Source of the DNA: Candidatus Krumholzibacteriia bacterium
GTDB taxonomy: Bacteria > Krumholzibacteriota > Krumholzibacteriia > JAJRXK01
Direction of reading: 5' to 3'
Length of the DNA: 64,000 nt
Assembly (NCBI GenBank): GCA_041484665.1
Contig: JBGPIA010000010.1
Coordinates: 104,421 to 168,420 of the forward strand
Each line of letters starts with the position of its first letter. The stretch's first letter is position 1. This document shows positions 59,002 to 64,000 of the stretch, piece by piece. The notes under the pieces are model-generated. The model was not told where the DNA came from. It saw only the letters and a list, made by a program, of their open reading frames with translations, and did no database searches. Made by a program: the position numbers and the translations under genes.

Positions 59002-60260
59002 TCACGGCGCTCTCCTGTCGCTCGAAGGTCGATACTGCCCTTTCATTCTGCCGAATGAGCCGACCCCGAGGGGCACGGGTCGGTCAAGTGCCGGCCAGAA
59101 CTGCACGAAGCCGTAGCGGAGGTCTTGAGCGCCGTCATGCCCGTCGTGGATTGCGGCAGCGATCGCGGAGGAATCCGCCGTACCCCAGTAGTTCTGGCGC
59201 AGATCTAGCGTCACCAGTGGCGGGGCGGTGTAGCTATACAGCCATACCGCATACCGACTGACCTGACGAAATGGCTGTTGCGGACTCGGGCGAACCCCCA
59301 GTCGGACGCCATCACACCCCACTCGCACCCCGACACAACCAGGCTGTCGCCAAGGACCTGTCCATATCCTTGGCAAGCAATTCCTGCCGAAACCACACCC
59401 GGAAGGGTGTTCCCACTCAGCCGCGTACGCGCCGCCCGTATCACGGCTCCCTGGCCGATCGACGTGAGCCCCCCGGCGATCACATTGGTGCCGATGCAGT
59501 CGCGGACGTCCGCAACGGAAGCCTGCGTCTGGACCACGATCATGGAATCGAAGCTGCACTCCGCGACCGAAAGATAGGCCCCTAGGTCTCCTGTGATTCC
59601 ACGGGCACCGATCTGCCTCGTGGTTCCCGAGAAGTGGCTTCGGATGATAGACGCGGTCGCATCCTGCGTGCACCAGATTCCGTCGGTGAACATCGCAGAG
59701 AAGATGCAGTCCCTCACGGTGAGTTGAGCATACGCCGTCCCTACGGTAATCCCCGATCTGAGCTGGATGAACTGACAGTTGGCCACGTCCGTCGTGCCGT
59801 CGGCGCGAATGCCGGAATCCATGTTGCGGATGATGACGTCCCTGAAACGCAACGTGTCGTGGAGCAGCGAGAAGAACCCCCAGCTGTCGATCGTCTTGGG
59901 ACCGGTGACACGTGCCCCGGGAGTGCCGATGACCGTAACGGGCTTTGAGATCCAGCCCACGGCGCGCCGATAGCTGGAATCGGCGTAACGCTCCGAGTAC
60001 TGGTTGTAGGTACCTGCCAAGAGCGACAGGGTGTCTCCCGGCGCGGCCGCATCGAGGGCGGCCTGGATACTAGTGAACTGACCGGCACCGAGGGAAGAGA
60101 CGCGGAGGACTGCGGCGACTGATTTGTCGGCGCTAGCGCCAGGAAGGACCAGAGATAGAATTACATACAGGCCAACGCGCGAGGTCACCCGCCGCACGCA
60201 CTGAGAACAAGGGGCAGCAGGATCGCTGACACAGCCGCGTCGACGTGCGTTGCTCGCCAT
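59002..60260 (-). pseudogene. Secreted right-handed beta-helix protein, frameshifted near 59260
   Basis: FTSIQAALDAAAPGDTLSLLAGTY and beta-helix repeats in one frame; LDLRQNYWGT...VPLGVGSFGRMKGQYR in another; start between 60197 and 60260. Confidence 0.7.
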
Positions 60261-60596
60261 CCCGCCACTGCGATCAACGTCCGGGAAAGGCAGCATGACG
60301 GTTCTCTGGCCCAGGCGCGAGCCCGAAGGCACTGATGCATTCGACCGCAAAGCACGGTCGCATGCCGCCCACGTCCGTCAGCCGAGCTGTACCCACACCG
60401 GTGGGTCCAATGGAGCCGCGTTTATCGTAGTCTCGGCACGCCGATAGTGCAAGGACGGGTTGATGTCGGTTCGAGCTTGGAGGGCAATGTCTGCGGAGGC
60501 TGATGAGCGCGAGCGGCACGTGGTTGCATAGAAATCGACGCCCGGTCCCTCGACTTCCGGCGCACCTGGACGATCCCAACGTTGACCGAACGCAAG

Positions 60597-61868
60597 TGTC
60601 CTCACCATTTAGTCAACCGAGGAGTCCCTGGGCGCCAAGAGGGCGCCCGACTTCGCCTTCGGCCGTGCTGACCGCTGGGGTGATCGGGCCTGACGGCATC
60701 TGGCGAAGCGCTGCGGGTGCTGCATCGGTCGAACCGGGCGTAGCGGCGCCCGGGACTCCATCACCCACGGCGATGTCCGACGATGATTAGGCCGCCCGCC
60801 GCCAGTACCGATGGCGCAGCCCGCGAAGCACCGGAAGGCTGAGGATCTCGCCGGCCTCCGGCGGCTCGACTTCCCTCGACTCGGGGCAGTCCTCGTCCAG
60901 CCCGAGGTGCGTCCGGGAGAGATGGTAGTAGGCCAGGTACTCGGCAAGCACGCGCCGCAGATGGTCGGTGCCGAAGATAATCACGTGATCCAGGCATTCT
61001 CGGCGGATGCTCCCGATGACCCGTTCCGCGTACCCGTTCTGCCAGGGGGAATACCGCACCGAGATAATCTCCTCCAGGCGGGCCAGACCGATGCGTTCCC
61101 CGAACACGTCTCCGTACTTGTGATCACCGTCGCGCAGGACGAACGTCGGTGCTCCGTCGAAGTCGAGGGCGGCGATGACCTGTTCGGCCGCCCACTCCCC
61201 TGTCGGCGTGTCCGTGACCTCAAATCCCAACACCTTGCGGCGGTCGTGGGCGAGGACCAGGAACTCGTACAGGCTGCGCATCGCCACGGTCGGGACCTCG
61301 AAGAAGTCGACTGCGGCGATCTCCCTGGCGTGGTTAACCAGGAACGTCTTCCAGCCCTGGGATGGTGGCCGCCGGTGCTTCATGTACTTGGCCACCGTGG
61401 CCTGGCTCATCTCGACTCCGAGCTTGAGCAGCTCGCCATGGACGTGCGGCGCTCCCCACAGCGGATTCTCCCGAGCGATGCGACGGATCAGCTCACGTTC
61501 CTCCAGGGTGAGCCGTGGCCGGCCGTAGCGACGCCGCTGGCGTTTCCAGCGCAAGTACAGCCGGTAGCCCGTGCGATGCCAGCGGATCACCGTCTCGGGC
61601 TGGACGATCAACAGGCTCCTTCGCCAGCCACTCCAACTTTGTGATATCACGACCCACAACGCGCGGTCCTGCTTGGTCAATCGGGGCCGCTTTCCGCCAC
61701 GCTGCAGCACTTGGACCTGGTGCCTGAGGGCTAGATTCTCCAGGGCCAGCGATCGTCGGGTCTGGAGGGCTGCCAGCGCAGGATCAGGACGAGCATGGCT
61801 GCCGCCCGGGGATTGGAGGTCGGACAAAGCTAGGAAACCACGGGCGGACGGATTAATTGGAAGGCACA
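60597..61868 (-). mobile_element. IS481-like insertion sequence (TGT...ACA ends)
   Basis: Imperfect IRs TGTCCTCACCATTTAGTC (60597+) and TGTGCCTTCCAATTAATC (61868-) flanking an rve transposase; no target duplication seen. Confidence 0.55.
60787..61796 (-). CDS. Integrase-core (rve) DDE transposase, probably frameshifted near the N-terminus
   Basis: LENLALRHQ, VQPETVIRWHR, ENPLWG, AVDFF, LRDGD, NGYAERVIGSIRRECLDH; ATG at 61796 is out of frame with the main ORF. Confidence 0.85.
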
Positions 61869-62019
61869 ACAATCACATCCGGCCGCACAGCTCGCTGGGC
61901 TACCGTCCGCCAGCCGCAGAAGCGATCGAGCTGAGGGCACCGATCAGGAGCCTGCTGTCGGGGCCGCGAATGGTGCCAGGACCAACATAGGAAGTGGACC
62001 GACGATCGGGGGCACGTCA
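61869..62019 (+). mobile_element. IS3-family (IS407-like) transposase 3' remnant with right inverted repeat
   Basis: NHIRPHSSLGYRPPAAEA...stop; ends GTGGACCGACGATCGGGGGCACGTCA. Confidence 0.78.
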
Positions 62020-62341
62020 TGGGACGGGTCGGCCACTCGGGGACCATTGAATGCCTGCTGGCAACTCCCGCGCGCCAATCTACTTGGACAACCTGGCGCT
62101 GATGCGCCTGGCCAGCAGCCGCATGTGCCGAGATTCCTGCCTGTCTACGATCTGCGGGACTGCACTCGCGTGACAGCGGACGCTGCCCGACCCGTCGGCT
62201 CCGAACGCACAGCCTCCATGGGTCGACCTCCTGCGACTGCGGGTATACGTAGACGCGCGGAGAAGCAACCGCCCAGCCACCCGGGGGAGAAGCCCGACAC
62301 CTAGTCTACGATCGGCGACAAGAGGTACTGCCGGGTGTATC

Positions 62342-63886
62342 GTGGACGACATGTGGACAAGACAACTGGGGCGTGACACGAGCGCGAGGGAGACGTCAAA
62401 GATGCTCGGCCACGGGCAGGCCCGGTCTGGGCTCGTCGTACTTGTCGTGGCCGGCGTCCTGCTCACGGTCTATGTGGCCACCCTACTCCCCGGGGTCGGC
62501 TACTCGGGCGACACCGCCAAGTTCCAGTTCGCCGGACCAATTCTCGGGACCGTGCACCCGACGGGGTGCCCCACGTACCTCATGCTGAGCCACGTTCTCG
62601 GACGCGCACTCCCCTGGGGCCGCCTGGCCTGGCGGATCAATCTGCTGTCCGCCATCTGCGCGGCGGTCGCGGGCGGGTTTGCCGGCGGGCTGCTGATGAG
62701 CCTCGGGGTGGCACCGGCTCCAGCGACAGCTTCTGCCCTGGCACTGGGTGTTTCCCCGCTTTTCTGGTCGCAGGCAGTGGTCGCGGAGGTCTACGCGCTA
62801 CATGCAGCGCTGATGATGACGGCGCTTTGGCTGCTGGCGGGCTGGCGGACTGCCGGAGGGTATCGCGATCTGTACGCAGCGTTGCTGGTGCTTGCCGTCT
62901 CGCTCGGCAATCACATGACAACGGTGCTCATCGCCCCGGGCGTCGCGGTCTACGTGCTACGTCATGAGCCCCGCCTTTGGCGTAGTCGCCGAGTAGTCGC
63001 CTGGTCGGTCTTGTGTCTGGCAGCTGGTCTCGGGCAGTATGGCTACTGTATCTGGCGCTCTCGCGATCCGACTACGCGGTTCCTCGAGACAACGACCACC
63101 AGTCTTGGCGACCTTTGGCGCTGCATCACCGGCGCGCGGTACCATGCTCAGATGTTCGCTTGGCCCGTGCAGACAATCCTCGGCCAGCGCCTTCCCGACT
63201 TGCTTGGACAGATCCTGCGCGACCTCACCATCCTTGTGCCACTGGCAATCTACGGGCTGATGCGAGTTCGCTTGCGAGGCTGGCGCACACTCATGACCGT
63301 GTACGCAGGCTGCCAGCTCGCGTTCGCAGCTGGGTACGCGAATTCCGACATCGCGGTGTACTTGCTCCCGGTGCACCTCGTGGTGGTGCTCCTGGCCGGA
63401 ATCGGGTTGGGGGACCTGAGCGCGCGCATTCCGGAGCGCGCTCAATTCCATCGCCTGGCTGCGGCCGCCTGTCTCGCGCTTCCGGTGTACTTCTTCCTAC
63501 ACGACCGCGAGATCGCCGACCGAAGCGGCGACATCGCCGACGCGCGCCATACGGAGTCCATCCTAGCGGCGGCAGGCGAAGACGCTGTCATTCTCACGGC
63601 CGACTACCGTGAGGCGTGCTTCCTGCGCTACTACGTCCTGGGTGAGGGTCTCCAAGAGAAGCGTAGCCTCTACGTACAGGACTTTGCGGGCGCGGAGCAG
63701 ATCGTCGCCTACCTTCGCGGCGAGGCCGCGCCGGTCACCAAGGGCCAGAGCAGCCGCGTGCCTGCCGGCCTTGCGGTTGTGACGACAAATGACGGATTGG
63801 TGGAGAGCTTGCGCAGCTGCGGATCCTGGGCCTACCCGCTCGCCGGTGGGCTCGTACAAGGTATCCGTTCGGGCAACCCATGTTGA
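62342..63886 (+). CDS. DUF2723/TMEM260-like GT-C membrane glycosyltransferase
   Basis: GDTAKFQ...HPTGCPTY, WSQAVVAEVYALH, LGNH; many TM helices; start may be 62351 or 62402. Confidence 0.82.
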   Translation: MDDMWTRQLGRDTSARETSKMLGHGQARSGLVVLVVAGVLLTVYVATLLPGVGYSGDTAKFQFAGPILGTVHPTGCPTYLMLSHVLGRALPWGRLAWRINLLSAICAAVAGGFAGGLLMSLGVAPAPATASALALGVSPLFWSQAVVAEVYALHAALMMTALWLLAGWRTAGGYRDLYAALLVLAVSLGNHMTTVLIAPGVAVYVLRHEPRLWRSRRVVAWSVLCLAAGLGQYGYCIWRSRDPTTRFLETTTTSLGDLWRCITGARYHAQMFAWPVQTILGQRLPDLLGQILRDLTILVPLAIYGLMRVRLRGWRTLMTVYAGCQLAFAAGYANSDIAVYLLPVHLVVVLLAGIGLGDLSARIPERAQFHRLAAAACLALPVYFFLHDREIADRSGDIADARHTESILAAAGEDAVILTADYREACFLRYYVLGEGLQEKRSLYVQDFAGAEQIVAYLRGEAAPVTKGQSSRVPAGLAVVTTNDGLVESLRSCGSWAYPLAGGLVQGIRSGNPC

Positions 63887-64000
63887 GCTGACCGCTGGCG
63901 CCTGACACTGTCGGGCACCCCCTGGGAGGTGGTGTCCGATGAGCTCGAGGAAGTCGTGGCTGGCCAGGACGCTGGCCAAGCCCTACTGGCGGGAAGCCGA

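Overview
Very GC-rich bacterial chromosome window. The C-terminal modules of the secreted proteins (FlgD-type Ig, dockerin-like repeat, [ST]W/FGxxKxxY-like tail) suggest an FCB-group candidate lineage such as Eisenbacteria/Krumholzibacteriota/Latescibacterota (inference). Positions 1-53.6 kb are densely coding. They hold an MFS transporter, an OCD and Thr-dehydratase pair, a Ser/Thr kinase, a YhaO/YhaN-type Mre11-Rad50 pair, iorAB-like molybdoenzyme genes, an aspartyl protease-PDZ protein, a phosphodiesterase-TPR lipoprotein, an arginine biosynthesis operon (argG-X-argC-argF'-argB-argE-argH-argR with an ARG box), a metacaspase, a GH92/ROK/MFS sugar operon, an amidase, an orphan methyltransferase and two deletion pseudogenes. 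After a degenerate tRNA 3' remnant at ~53.7 kb the sequence is visibly less GC-rich and island-like, with secreted-protein genes separated by a conserved IS3-derived repeat, an IS481-like element and a DUF2723 gene. Best novelty candidates: (1) the arg operon lacks argA/argJ and carries a DUF1611-like P-loop gene, a candidate new glutamate N-acylating first step, next to a transcarbamylase with the succinyl-type specificity residue; (2) an unannotated ~135-nt structured RNA with its own promoter and terminator upstream of the Mre11-Rad50 pair; (3) a cassette-like array of secreted genes punctuated by a 64-nt repeat. All family calls are from motif recognition by eye; no searches were run.
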